Assembly (NCBI GenBank): GCA_963771465.1
Contig: CAVYTU010000016.1
Coordinates: 96,001 to 160,000, forward strand
DNA: 64,000 nt
Direction of reading: 5' to 3'
Source: an uncultured delta proteobacterium
Lineage (GTDB): Bacteria; Desulfobacterota; Binatia; UBA9968
Numbering within the stretch: position 1 is the first letter of the stretch; every line of letters begins with the position of its first letter. The notes under the pieces are model-generated. The model was not told the origin of the DNA, did not search any database, and saw only the letters and a list, made by a program, of their open reading frames with translations. A program made the position numbers and the translations under genes. Below, one piece after another: positions 20,214 through 29,432 of the stretch.

Positions 20214-21082
20214 ATGAAGAACTTGCCGAGCATAGCGGCGAAGATGAAAGTTCGTGCGATGAACTCAAAAACGTGATTAGAATATTGGCCGTCGGCGGTT
20301 TGCTCTTGTTGTTGTTGGTCGCCAAACCGTTCGTGATCGTGCGCGCGGGCACGGTCGGAGTGGTTTACAGTTTCGGTTCGATTGTCGGTCAGGTGGACGA
20401 GGGGTTTCATCTGATTTGGCCTTGGTGGTTCATAACCCACACGGATATCAAGGTGCAGAGAGCCGTGTTGGATAAACTGCCATCCTTTAGCGCGGAGACG
20501 CAAGATGTCTTCGTCAGAGCCAGCCTCAACTATCAGGTGTCACCCAAAGCAGTGCAGACATTGTTTCGCACGGTCGGACCGGACTATTTTCATGTTTTGA
20601 TCGAGCCGCGCGTGGCGCAGAATTTCAAGGACGAAACGGTCAAGTATAAGAGCGTCGACATCGCGCCTAACCGTGAGAAGATAAGGCAGGCGGTCAGGCA
20701 ACGACTCGAAGCTGAACTGTCGCCGTACTCGATCCATATTATCGACTTGCTGTTGGACAACGTGGATTTTAGCGCAGCCTTCAAACAATCCATTGAAAAC
20801 AAGCAAATCGCAACGCAGAAGGCCCTCGAGCAAGAGCAGCTCGTCTCCGCGGCAAAATTTTCCGCGCAGCAGCGAGTCGAAACGGAAAAGGGCGAAGGCG
20901 AGGCCAAGTTGGCCCGGGCAGAAAAAGAAGCACTCGCCAACCAAAGATTATCGGCATCGCTAACACCCTTGCTGGTCCAGCACGAGATGATCGACAAGTT
21001 GTCCGAAAAAATCCAAATCATGGTGGTGCCGCAAGGATCGAACTTTCTAATGCAGCTACCGAATATAGCGGCGCAGAAATGA
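20214..21082 (+). CDS. SPFH/prohibitin (band 7) family protein
   Basis: FVIVRAGTVGVV, EGFHLIWPW, FSAAFKQSIENKQ. The ORF track start is GTG 20273; ATG 20214 joins in frame if one A is added to the A5 run at about 20267. Confidence 0.85.
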
Positions 21083-21177
21083 TTGGATTGAGGACCGGTT
21101 GTGTGACCATGGATGGCGGCGTGGTGCGCGGGATTTGACGATAGAAGCATTGACGGCAAGCGAGATAGGAGACGACC

Positions 21178-21624
21178 ATGAGAGACAAAGCGATCGTCTT
21201 CGCGGCCGGCGAGGGCAAATTGCTCAGCGCTCGCGGCAGCGCGATGTTTTTCAAGGCGACTCACGCCAGCACCAACGGCGCGTTCTCTTTCATGGAACGG
21301 ACGCTGCCACCGGGCGGTAGAAAGCCGCCGCCGCATATTCACACCGATTGCGAAGAAGCATTTTATGTTCTCGCAGGTGAGATTGAATTTTTTCTTGGCG
21401 CCGATACGGTCATCGGCCGGCCCGGTTCATTCGTGCATGTGCCGGGCGGTGTCTCGCACACGTTTGGGAATGCCGCAACTGTGCCCTCGCGTCTGCTGAT
21501 CATTCACGCGCCGGCGATGGATTCGTACTTTGAAGAGTTGCAGGACCTCTGGTCCGGGCAAGTCCCGCCGAGCCCGGACGATGAAAGAGCGTTGATGAAA
21601 CGGCACGGCATGGAGCCGGGGTGA
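21178..21624 (+). CDS. Cupin domain protein
   Basis: PPHIHTDCEEAFYVLAG...PGGVSHTF motif. Confidence 0.88.
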   Translation: MRDKAIVFAAGEGKLLSARGSAMFFKATHASTNGAFSFMERTLPPGGRKPPPHIHTDCEEAFYVLAGEIEFFLGADTVIGRPGSFVHVPGGVSHTFGNAATVPSRLLIIHAPAMDSYFEELQDLWSGQVPPSPDDERALMKRHGMEPG

Positions 21625-21794
21625 ATCAATGAGTCATAGCTGGATTCATAAGATCTCACGCAAGGCGTAATGGGAAGCAGCTGACTTTCGTGCATCATAG
21701 GAAAACTTGTTTCAGTCCGTTGACACACGTTGTGATGCCGGTTAATTCCAGAGATTAAAACACCAAGAAACCACACTGCTAAAGGAATGACACA

Positions 21795-22835
21795 ATGCTA
21801 GACGAAAAACTTCGGATCTCACCGACTTGCTATCACGTGCTTCATCTTGTGCCGGTCATGACGGCGCATGAGATGAATTTTTTCTACGATGAGGGATTGC
21901 GCACCGCGGACGGGTCACTAGCCTACGAGATCTCGACCAACTCCATGGTGCCCTTTGGCTTGGAAAAGTTGGGCATATCTCAGGCGATGAAGGAAAAATC
22001 GGTCGACATCGCGCTCGACGTGCAGACGCGCACGGTTTTTTACCAGCGCTCGCGGGGTGCTGATCTCTACATCATCGCCGGTTGGCGTAACCAGCATATC
22101 CACGTCTGGGTGAGCCCGCCGCACATCAAATCACTGCAAGAACTGAAAGGCAAAAAAGTCGGCATCAGCGATTTCGGCAGCAACCGCCATTGGGGCATCA
22201 CCATCTGGCTGCACAAGGCGGGTCTCGATCCTAACCATGACGTCGAGTTCGTGCGCGGAATTTATCACCCGGTCAATATCGACGCATTGCGCTCAGGCAA
22301 AGTTGACTGCGCGCCGGTGGCGGTGTGGGAAGCCGAAGAGCTTAAGAAAGAAGGTTTCAATGCGCTGGTAACTCTGCAGCAGCAGTATCCCAACGGCCGT
22401 CCGGAGCGCATCATTGCCGCCACCGGCCGCATTCTCGAAGAAAAGCCGGAAATGGTAAAAGGGTTTCTGAGAGCGATGATTCGCTCTTACTGGTTCATGC
22501 GCGATATGCCGAAAAATTTTGAATATCTCCACAATCTGGAAAGACGGCTGCGTTGCGCCAGTCCGGACCCCGAGGAAAGACATATTAAGTTCGCCGGCGA
22601 ATCGCCGCAACATCTTGAGGCAATGCCATTTCCAATCGATGGTCTAGCGACCGGCTTTGAGGATTTACTGCGCGAAGAGAAGGAGATCGGCGATTTGAAC
22701 TACGACGTGCCGCCGATCAAAGACGTGTCGGCTCAAGATTTGGTAACCGCGGCTTACAACGAGCTGCGGGCGCGGCCGGAGCTGCAAGAAGAGTTTGCCC
22801 GGGTCAGCGCCGCGGCGAAGCGCTGGGGTTATTAG
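21795..22835 (+). CDS. NMT1/THI5-fold protein without a signal peptide
   Basis: FFYDEGL, LKGKKVGIS and GLDPNHDV motifs. It starts directly at the first beta-strand, with AAAGGA RBS. Confidence 0.8.
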   Translation: MLDEKLRISPTCYHVLHLVPVMTAHEMNFFYDEGLRTADGSLAYEISTNSMVPFGLEKLGISQAMKEKSVDIALDVQTRTVFYQRSRGADLYIIAGWRNQHIHVWVSPPHIKSLQELKGKKVGISDFGSNRHWGITIWLHKAGLDPNHDVEFVRGIYHPVNIDALRSGKVDCAPVAVWEAEELKKEGFNALVTLQQQYPNGRPERIIAATGRILEEKPEMVKGFLRAMIRSYWFMRDMPKNFEYLHNLERRLRCASPDPEERHIKFAGESPQHLEAMPFPIDGLATGFEDLLREEKEIGDLNYDVPPIKDVSAQDLVTAAYNELRARPELQEEFARVSAAAKRWGY

Positions 22836-22860
22836 AAATCCTTTTCGGAAAACCGATATC

Positions 22861-22915
22861 TCACCACGAAGGACAGGAAGATCACGAAGATGTCGTAGGG
22901 TGCGCCGCGCGCACC
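22861..22915 (+). repeat. 9-bp periodic half-element plus GTAG-type REP
   Basis: TCACCACGAAG GACAGGAAG ATCACGAAG matches the left arm of 36079-36165. It is followed by GTAG-GGTGCGC-cgc-GCGCACC (22895-22915). Confidence 0.7.
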
Positions 22916-22940
22916 GGTCCGCCTCGCGAAAGCCGGACGA

Positions 22941-23621
22941 TCAGGGCTGAACGCTTCGCGCGCCGGCCGGAGCGACTGCCGCATGAATCGTTGCGGTTGT
23001 CGGTTGCAGCGTGATCATTTCGGATTGCGTCATCGTGACGTTGTAACGGTAACCGAAACCCCGGTAGAGCGAAAAAGACAGGAGGGTTTCCGTTTCGTCC
23101 TTTGCTGCGGTGCAGTCCATCGGCATGTAGACGTAATAATCGCGAATGCTGAACCCCGTCACCGCGCACTGCACGCAGCCGCGCGACGCGACTCCTGTCA
23201 CGATGACCCGGCCGTCGCCTGGGCGAATGTCGAGCCGCTGTAACCACTCTTTCATGTCGGTTTGGTAGAAACAGTCGTGGGTATGTTTAACCACTACCGG
23301 CTCGTCCGGAGCCGGTTTTAGGGCGTCGATAAACTCCGCGTCCCACGTTCCCTCAACTTTACGCACGACGTTTTCGAATACGGTAAATTCCAAAGCGTCG
23401 CGTTTGCGCACCGATTGGGTGTGCAGCACGCGTCCGCCGCTCGATCGCACGTAGTCTCTCAGCCGCACGATGCGCGGAATGATTTTTTCCACTGGCTCGC
23501 CCATGTACTGCGGACCATTGGGATGAGCCGAGCAGTTCTCCATGTCGACGATTACCAGGAGAGTTTTTTTAGCATCTAGATCGACCGGCACAGGATCGGG
23601 ATATTTAATGTCCACCAGCAT
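22941..23621 (-). CDS. Isochorismatase-family cysteine hydrolase
   Basis: Triad D (VDMEN), K (KHTHDCF) and C (GVASRGCV); GGAGG RBS before ATG 23621. Confidence 0.88.
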   Translation of the reverse strand: MLVDIKYPDPVPVDLDAKKTLLVIVDMENCSAHPNGPQYMGEPVEKIIPRIVRLRDYVRSSGGRVLHTQSVRKRDALEFTVFENVVRKVEGTWDAEFIDALKPAPDEPVVVKHTHDCFYQTDMKEWLQRLDIRPGDGRVIVTGVASRGCVQCAVTGFSIRDYYVYMPMDCTAAKDETETLLSFSLYRGFGYRYNVTMTQSEMITLQPTTATIHAAVAPAGARSVQP

Positions 23622-23650
23622 GGATCGTTCCTCCAATCAGAGATGGTCAG

Positions 23651-24727
23651 TTACCGAATACCGAAAATTTGATTGAACTGGTCGATGAGTTGTTTGGTAT
23701 TGGCGCCGTAGGATGCGGGATTTACAAAGGTAAAGTCCTTGACGAACAAATCCTGTAGCGAACCCCGCTGTTTGATCCCTTTGCGGATACTCAGTCGCGG
23801 GATTTCGGCGAGTTTGGTTTGCCCCTCCTGTGACAATATCCAATCGGCGAACAGAATCGCCGCGTGTGGATGGGGCGTGCGCGCCGCGATCGATAGCGAG
23901 TTGGGCTCGCCCGCGTAAGGTTCGAAGATGCGAAAATCGATCGGTGCGCCTTGTGCTTTGAATTCGACAACGCGCCGCCCGCGCGCCGCCAGAGATATCC
24001 CTGATTCGCCAGCCAACATCAATTGAACTCTCATGCGGCTGCTCGCTCCCGGCATATGCAGCTCTTGCTTGGCGAGCCCGCGCATGAACGCCAGACCTTT
24101 TTCCTGCCCCATAGAATCGAGCATGACGCTAAACCAGTCATAATCTTCCGTGCCGAGATTCATCTTGCCCTTATATTTTGGCTGGAGAAGATCTTGATAG
24201 CTGTTCGGGATGTCGGGGCCTTTAATCAACTTGGTTTGGAAGGCCACGACGATCGGCGTGACTTCAAAGCCCGACCAATAGCCTTCCGGATCGTAAGATC
24301 CCTTTGGCATCGCCTGCAGTTCCGGCGACAGATAGGCAGTTGATAATTTTGACTGCTTCAACTGCCACATTTCTGAGGGCGCGGTTGCGACGATATCCAC
24401 CGCGAAACGGCCGGCCCGGGCTTCAGTGGAAGCCTTGAGCAGCGCGCTTCTCGGCGTGCCGCGATAAACTTCCGTCTTGACGAAGGGATAACTTTTTTCA
24501 AACGCGGCCATCACCTTCGGGTTATCCTGATCGCTGAGCGAGGTGTAGATGACGAATTGCCCCTCTTTGCGGGCGCCGTCTTCGATGGTTTTTTTTCTTT
24601 GCGCCGGTGACTGCGTCGAAATTGTCTTGATGACTTCCTGGACCGTCGCCGCGAAACATGGACTCGATAAGATGGTGCCGAGAAAAATACCGACCAACGG
24701 AACCAAACTAGATAGCCGCGCTTTCAA
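23651..24727 (-). CDS. AfuA/FbpA-type extracellular solute-binding protein
   Basis: Signal peptide; ARKEGQFVIYTS, SYQDLLQPKYKG and PHPHAAILFADWILS motifs. Confidence 0.85.
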   Translation of the reverse strand: MKARLSSLVPLVGIFLGTILSSPCFAATVQEVIKTISTQSPAQRKKTIEDGARKEGQFVIYTSLSDQDNPKVMAAFEKSYPFVKTEVYRGTPRSALLKASTEARAGRFAVDIVATAPSEMWQLKQSKLSTAYLSPELQAMPKGSYDPEGYWSGFEVTPIVVAFQTKLIKGPDIPNSYQDLLQPKYKGKMNLGTEDYDWFSVMLDSMGQEKGLAFMRGLAKQELHMPGASSRMRVQLMLAGESGISLAARGRRVVEFKAQGAPIDFRIFEPYAGEPNSLSIAARTPHPHAAILFADWILSQEGQTKLAEIPRLSIRKGIKQRGSLQDLFVKDFTFVNPASYGANTKQLIDQFNQIFGIR

Positions 24728-24772
24728 AGTGATCTCCTTTTCTGTTCTCCGTGGCTCTGAACGCTCGAATAG

Positions 24773-25681
24773 TTACAACACGCAAAATGGCAGCGGCGGA
24801 GTACCGGGCTTGCCAAGCTGAGTTACCAGCAACGTTGTTTCGCTGACCGCGGCGGTCGGTGAGTATGGCGCACCCGCAGGGAAAAACATGCAGGAAACCG
24901 GTTTGTAGTTTTCGCCGTCGTACTCTACTTCACCCTCGAGAACTAACCGTACCTGTTGGAAATCAACTTTGCCGGCGGGCGTTTGCGCGCCTTTCTCCAT
25001 GCGCATCATCTTGATGTTGGGACCGGTTTCATTGAAGTAGCCGAGATGTTTCACGCTCACACCGGGCGCGCCTTCGAGCGGCACCCATGAATAATTGGCA
25101 TGGCGCATGATGATGTAACTGCGATAGCGCGGCTGAGGATAGTCGAGCTTGTGGCCGACGATATATTCCTGGACCGCTTCGAAGCCATCTTGTTTTTTGC
25201 CCTCGGGGGAAATGAACAGTCCCTTCTCAAACTGGCCGACTTGTTTCTCGCGCATTTCTTTCTGCGCCGCCATTACCTCTGACCACACCGGCGTCGGAAA
25301 TCCTGACGGACCCGGAAAATGGAGCGAGATGCGCACGTTGTGATCGCATTTTTCGGCGGTCTTCGTCGGCCCGTAATAGACTCCTTCGGGCACGTAAACG
25401 CAGTCGCCTTCTTCCATAACGTCTTTGCCGTAACATTCGGCACCGCGGTAATAAAAACGCACGGCCTCGTCCGTGTGGCGATGGCGTGGATTGTAGCGCT
25501 CTGGCGTGTAGGTGGTGATTCCTGCTCTCATTCTAATCCCATGCTCCGGGTCGAAGAAGCCATAGATCTCGCTCTGTCTCCCGCCACCTCGGTGCGTGCC
25601 AGCTTGTTCATCGCCTTCCTCTTGGCGCACGACGACTGGCCGTGTGATAGGACCTTTCAATGGATCGACTTTTTCCAACAT
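24773..25681 (-). CDS. Bicupin-like protein of unknown function
   Basis: PRHRHTDEAVRFYYRG...YVPEGVYYGP motif, then a second cupin-like half. Confidence 0.65.
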   Translation of the reverse strand: MLEKVDPLKGPITRPVVVRQEEGDEQAGTHRGGGRQSEIYGFFDPEHGIRMRAGITTYTPERYNPRHRHTDEAVRFYYRGAECYGKDVMEEGDCVYVPEGVYYGPTKTAEKCDHNVRISLHFPGPSGFPTPVWSEVMAAQKEMREKQVGQFEKGLFISPEGKKQDGFEAVQEYIVGHKLDYPQPRYRSYIIMRHANYSWVPLEGAPGVSVKHLGYFNETGPNIKMMRMEKGAQTPAGKVDFQQVRLVLEGEVEYDGENYKPVSCMFFPAGAPYSPTAAVSETTLLVTQLGKPGTPPLPFCVL

Positions 25682-25737
25682 GCTTTCCTCCAAAACTTGT
25701 AGTAATCAGTAAACGGTTATCATTTCGAATGTTTCAC

Positions 25738-25895
25738 TGTCAAGGTAACTTGGCATTCCTCGTAGTCGCAGCGTGAATCTGACAGGGCTTAACGGCAACA
25801 TTAATATGTCAGGGTGAAGAGATGACAACCCTGACGATGAAAGAAGAGAAACGGCTAGACGCAAATTCAACGACTGTATCGTAGCGAGTTGACTA
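25738..25895 (+). mobile_element. Remnant of an ISNCY/IS1202-like element (left end and transposase N-terminus)
   Basis: ATG 25822 gives MTTLTMKEEKRLDA-(shift)-IQRLYRSELT, resembling ISNCY transposase N-termini as I recall them. There is an upstream TGT-starting putative end and a GTCAGGGT...ACCCTGAC hairpin over the start codon. Confidence 0.55.
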
Positions 25896-25942
25896 GGGGG
25901 TACTCGGAATCAGCGAGCGGTCTGCGAGAATGATTATCGCAG

Positions 25943-26191
25943 TTATTTTTTACCGATAAAATAATCAGCGTTGATCTTGGTGTACTCTTTCCATTTATCC
26001 GGCACTTCGTTGTCGACGAAAATCGCGTCGACCGGGCAGGCCGGAATGCAGCCGCCGCAGTCGATGCATTCGTCCGGATCGATGTAGAGCATCGAGTCAG
26101 CGTCGGTCCCGTGGATGCAGTCCATGGGACAAACATCGATGCAGCCTTTGTCTTTAACTCCTATGCAGGGTTGTGTGATCACGTAGGTCAT
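25943..26191 (-). CDS. Dicluster (7Fe/8Fe FdxA-like) ferredoxin
   Basis: MTYVITQPCIGVKDKGCIDVCPMDCI...CIDCGGCIPACP. Confidence 0.93.
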   Translation of the reverse strand: MTYVITQPCIGVKDKGCIDVCPMDCIHGTDADSMLYIDPDECIDCGGCIPACPVDAIFVDNEVPDKWKEYTKINADYFIGKK

Positions 26192-26255
26192 TGTTTTTTC
26201 AACACTCCAAGCGCACCGGGCCGGTGTTTATGATCCATCGAAAAATTGGTTCCAG

Positions 26256-27452
26256 CTATCCAATATGCAATTTCTTGTGCTGTAATTTTGCATGCTTCGC
26301 GGTGCAACCGGGAATGGTGCAGTACACCGGTTCGGGTGCGTTGTCGTAGCCGAGCCACTTCATGTGTTTCCAAGGCCGCTTGCCCCAGATGAGATCGTCG
26401 ATCCAGAGTAACGGCTTGACGACCAGGACTCGAAGCTTACGCGGGGTCACCTTAACCGACCACATCGCCAAATCATGGTACCAAGTATCGGCTTTGTTGT
26501 AACAGCAAGAAGAAACGCAGACGACGCAATTGGTCCATTCCCCACGGCCGGCGAGCTTGTATTTGTAACAACTCTCGACGTTGATGGCGTATTTCTCCAC
26601 GCCATTCACCACGGTCTTGTCGCCGAACGGGATGCTGTGCGACGGACAAGTGCGCGCGCACTTCTTACAATACTTGCAAAATTCCTCGACGCCGATATCC
26701 ACAGGTTGGTCCACCGTCAGCGGTATGTCGCAGGTAACCACCGTCAAATGCAGACGCGAACCGTACTTTTCATGAATCAGCATGCCGTGGCGCCCAAGCT
26801 CGCCCAGTCCGGCGTTGATCGCCAACGGTATCGGATTAACCGAGGAGCGGCCATGATGGTGCGCCGTAGCGGGATAACCCATTTCTCGAATGTAGGAGGC
26901 CAACTGGAAGGTTGGCACGATGGCGTGGTTGTTGCCGAACTGATACTCGGAGTCGGAGATTTTGCTGTTATTGCTCATGTAACGTTCGTAGGAGCTTTCG
27001 AAACCGAGACAGATGGCATAGCGATGCGGCAGGTTGATCGGGTCGCCAGCCTTCTCGCCCATGGCGGGGTTGCCGCGAGCCCGATGGGAATAGACATAGA
27101 GCGGATCGAGTTCGCAGATACCGACCACGGTGGCGCCGAGGTATTGGGCGACGCCTTTGATTTGCTTTGCCATCTCAGCCGGATCGTCCACCGGGATCTT
27201 ATTAGGATTGACCTTTCCCTCGGGCGCCTGCTTCATGATTTGCTGCAGCGTGTTGTTCGGATCGCCTTCGCCGCCGCCGCCGAAGAGACGCCGGAAAGGA
27301 TCGCTGCCAACGCGATTCTTCCTCCAGTCGCGCAGCCGAGTGCCGAACTCGCCACGGTCGACTTTGGGATGCGGCGTTTCGCGCTCGTCGAGTTGCCGCT
27401 GTGGACCAACGATACGGTAGCTTCTCGGGGTATTTTGTTTTGATTCCAGCAT
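26256..27452 (-). CDS. Reductive dehalogenase-like cobalamin/2x[4Fe-4S] protein with no TAT leader
   Basis: IKGVAQYLGATVVGI, QLASYIREMGYPA, AINAGLGELGRHG, YGSRLHL.VVTCDIPL..D.P, FCKYCKKCARTCP and NCVVCVSSCCYN motifs; AAGGAG RBS. Confidence 0.85.
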   Translation of the reverse strand: MLESKQNTPRSYRIVGPQRQLDERETPHPKVDRGEFGTRLRDWRKNRVGSDPFRRLFGGGGEGDPNNTLQQIMKQAPEGKVNPNKIPVDDPAEMAKQIKGVAQYLGATVVGICELDPLYVYSHRARGNPAMGEKAGDPINLPHRYAICLGFESSYERYMSNNSKISDSEYQFGNNHAIVPTFQLASYIREMGYPATAHHHGRSSVNPIPLAINAGLGELGRHGMLIHEKYGSRLHLTVVTCDIPLTVDQPVDIGVEEFCKYCKKCARTCPSHSIPFGDKTVVNGVEKYAINVESCYKYKLAGRGEWTNCVVCVSSCCYNKADTWYHDLAMWSVKVTPRKLRVLVVKPLLWIDDLIWGKRPWKHMKWLGYDNAPEPVYCTIPGCTAKHAKLQHKKLHIG

Positions 27453-27648
27453 GGGAATATCTCCTTACCGCTGCTCTTAAGAGTGAATAGGGCCTATGGC
27501 GCGGAATATACGCCCGCTCGACCAACAACGTCAAGGCCAGCTCGGCCGAGCGAGAATCCCGCTTGACAGTTGCGCGCGGGGAGGATTAGAACTCCCGCAG
27601 TTCATGGCAGGCGTCGAATTTGGTGCACGAAACCAGGAGAATTGTATT

Positions 27649-28728
27649 ATGCGCGTCATCAATAGCCATTGCGGTCCGATTTTGTCGTCGTTGTTGGCGC
27701 TATTGCTCTACGCGCAGCCTGTCACCGCACAGACCGAAGAGAAAGTACTAGAAGAAATCAATCAGTTGCCCGAAGCGGAGCGCCAAGCTCGCTTGATTGC
27801 CGGCGCGAAAAAGGAAGGCGCGGTTACCTGGTACGTGGCGATGAACCGGGCTTTCGCCCAGGATTTGATCAACGGATTCGAAGCGCAATATCCGTTTCTA
27901 AAAGTCAACGCCCTAACCGGAGGCGGTGGGATGTTGCTGAACAAAGTTTTAACCGAGCACCGCGCCAAATCCCACATCTACGACGTTTTCAACACCCGCA
28001 GTATGACGGTGAACACGCTTAGAAAGGCCGGCGCCATCGCGCGCTACCGTAGTCCGCTGCGGGCGTCGTTACGCGATGGTTTCGCCGATAAGGAAGGTTT
28101 CGTTAACGGCATTTTCGCCACACCGCTGGTCTATATTTACAATTCTAAACTGGTCAATCGGAAAGAGATGCCGACTAGCGTCGAGGAACTCACCCAGCCC
28201 AAGTGGCTCGGCAAGATGGCCGTCGATGACGAGTCCTACGATTGGCTTGCGGCGCTGATGGATTACTACGGCGAAGCGAAAGGTTTGGAGCTTGCCGCCA
28301 AAGTCGGCCAGCAGCAGCTGCAACCGCGGCGCGGCTCGACCTTGATCACCCAACTCATTGCCGCCGGAGAATTCCTTCTGGAAATAGACGGCCATCATCA
28401 GGAAGCGATCGCCAAGAAAAAAGCCGGCGCACCCATCGACTATGTTTTTCCGCAGCCATTTGTGCCGGTGAAATCTATGGTACCGATTTATCTATCGTCG
28501 CGCCCGCCTCATCCACATGCGGCGGCGCTGATGGCCGATTTTCTCATGTCCAAACGCGGTCAAGATATCATGTATGGTCACGGCCGTTGGGTCGGCCACA
28601 AAAGCATCATCGGCAAAGGACCAGATGACATCGGCGATCGCAAAGTGGTCATCCCTTCGCCGGAAAAATGGGGCGACAGGTATCAGGAGCTGATCGGCAA
28701 CTTCAATAAATTGATTCTACGCAAGTGA
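27649..28728 (+). CDS. AfuA/FbpA-type extracellular solute-binding protein
   Basis: Signal peptide; AKKEGAVTWY, ELTQPKWLG and PHPHAAALMADFLMS motifs; AGGAG RBS. Confidence 0.85.
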   Translation: MRVINSHCGPILSSLLALLLYAQPVTAQTEEKVLEEINQLPEAERQARLIAGAKKEGAVTWYVAMNRAFAQDLINGFEAQYPFLKVNALTGGGGMLLNKVLTEHRAKSHIYDVFNTRSMTVNTLRKAGAIARYRSPLRASLRDGFADKEGFVNGIFATPLVYIYNSKLVNRKEMPTSVEELTQPKWLGKMAVDDESYDWLAALMDYYGEAKGLELAAKVGQQQLQPRRGSTLITQLIAAGEFLLEIDGHHQEAIAKKKAGAPIDYVFPQPFVPVKSMVPIYLSSRPPHPHAAALMADFLMSKRGQDIMYGHGRWVGHKSIIGKGPDDIGDRKVVIPSPEKWGDRYQELIGNFNKLILRK

Positions 28729-28762
28729 AGTAGACTGACGAAAACCCGAAAGGCACAGACGG

Positions 28763-29236
28763 TCAGCTTTTCAACCGGCCACCGCGTACAGTGGCGCCGA
28801 CGACGATCCCGGCGCTCACCAAGACCAGATTTTTGATGATGTATTGTCCTTCGAGTGTCGGGGCATAGGGAAGCTGGCTAAAAACTTCCTGCGGGAAAAT
28901 AAACAGCGGCGTAATCGTTCCCGCCATCTGTAGCCAGAGGAGCAATAGCGTGGCGCGCAAATAGACTCCCAAGATCAAACCCAGCCCGACGGCGCATTCC
29001 CAAACGGCGAGTAGGGTCAATGCCATTGGCGGCGGTACCCAGCCAAAACTGAGCACTTGTATCGTTCGCGCCGCCAAATCTTCCGCCGGACTCAAGCCGG
29101 GAAAGAATTTCAGAAAGCCGAACCAGAGAAAGATTATACCGACGCTCAGGCGCAGCAACGTAATGCCGTGGCGCGCCATATGGGCGGTTAGATTCTTGTC
29201 GAGCCGGTCTAAACGAGTCATCAGGGTGTTCACCAA
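28763..29236 (-). CDS. DoxX/DUF417-like membrane protein
   Basis: LLRLSVGIIFLWFGFLKFFPGLSPAE...TLEGQYIIKNLVL. Confidence 0.85.
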   Translation of the reverse strand: MVNTLMTRLDRLDKNLTAHMARHGITLLRLSVGIIFLWFGFLKFFPGLSPAEDLAARTIQVLSFGWVPPPMALTLLAVWECAVGLGLILGVYLRATLLLLWLQMAGTITPLFIFPQEVFSQLPYAPTLEGQYIIKNLVLVSAGIVVGATVRGGRLKS

Positions 29237-29432
29237 AGCTCCTTCGCCAAGTCTCTAATCAAAGCAAATCTCTTGATCCATGCAATAGGCGTCGGCGAAT
29301 AGGAACGGGCTTCCCCATGCTTCTGGTCATCGTGCGATTCTTGGCAAGCCGTGAAGCTTGTTATACAGTCCGGCCTAGTTCGCGGAACATTTTTTCCGCG
29401 CACGGCGCAACAGCCAGGGCAGGGGGATTCGT

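Noticed and set aside
27453-27648. Cobalamin riboswitch upstream of the RDase-like gene or glmL
   Set aside because: No B12-box or other conserved riboswitch elements were recognisable, and the leaders are short.
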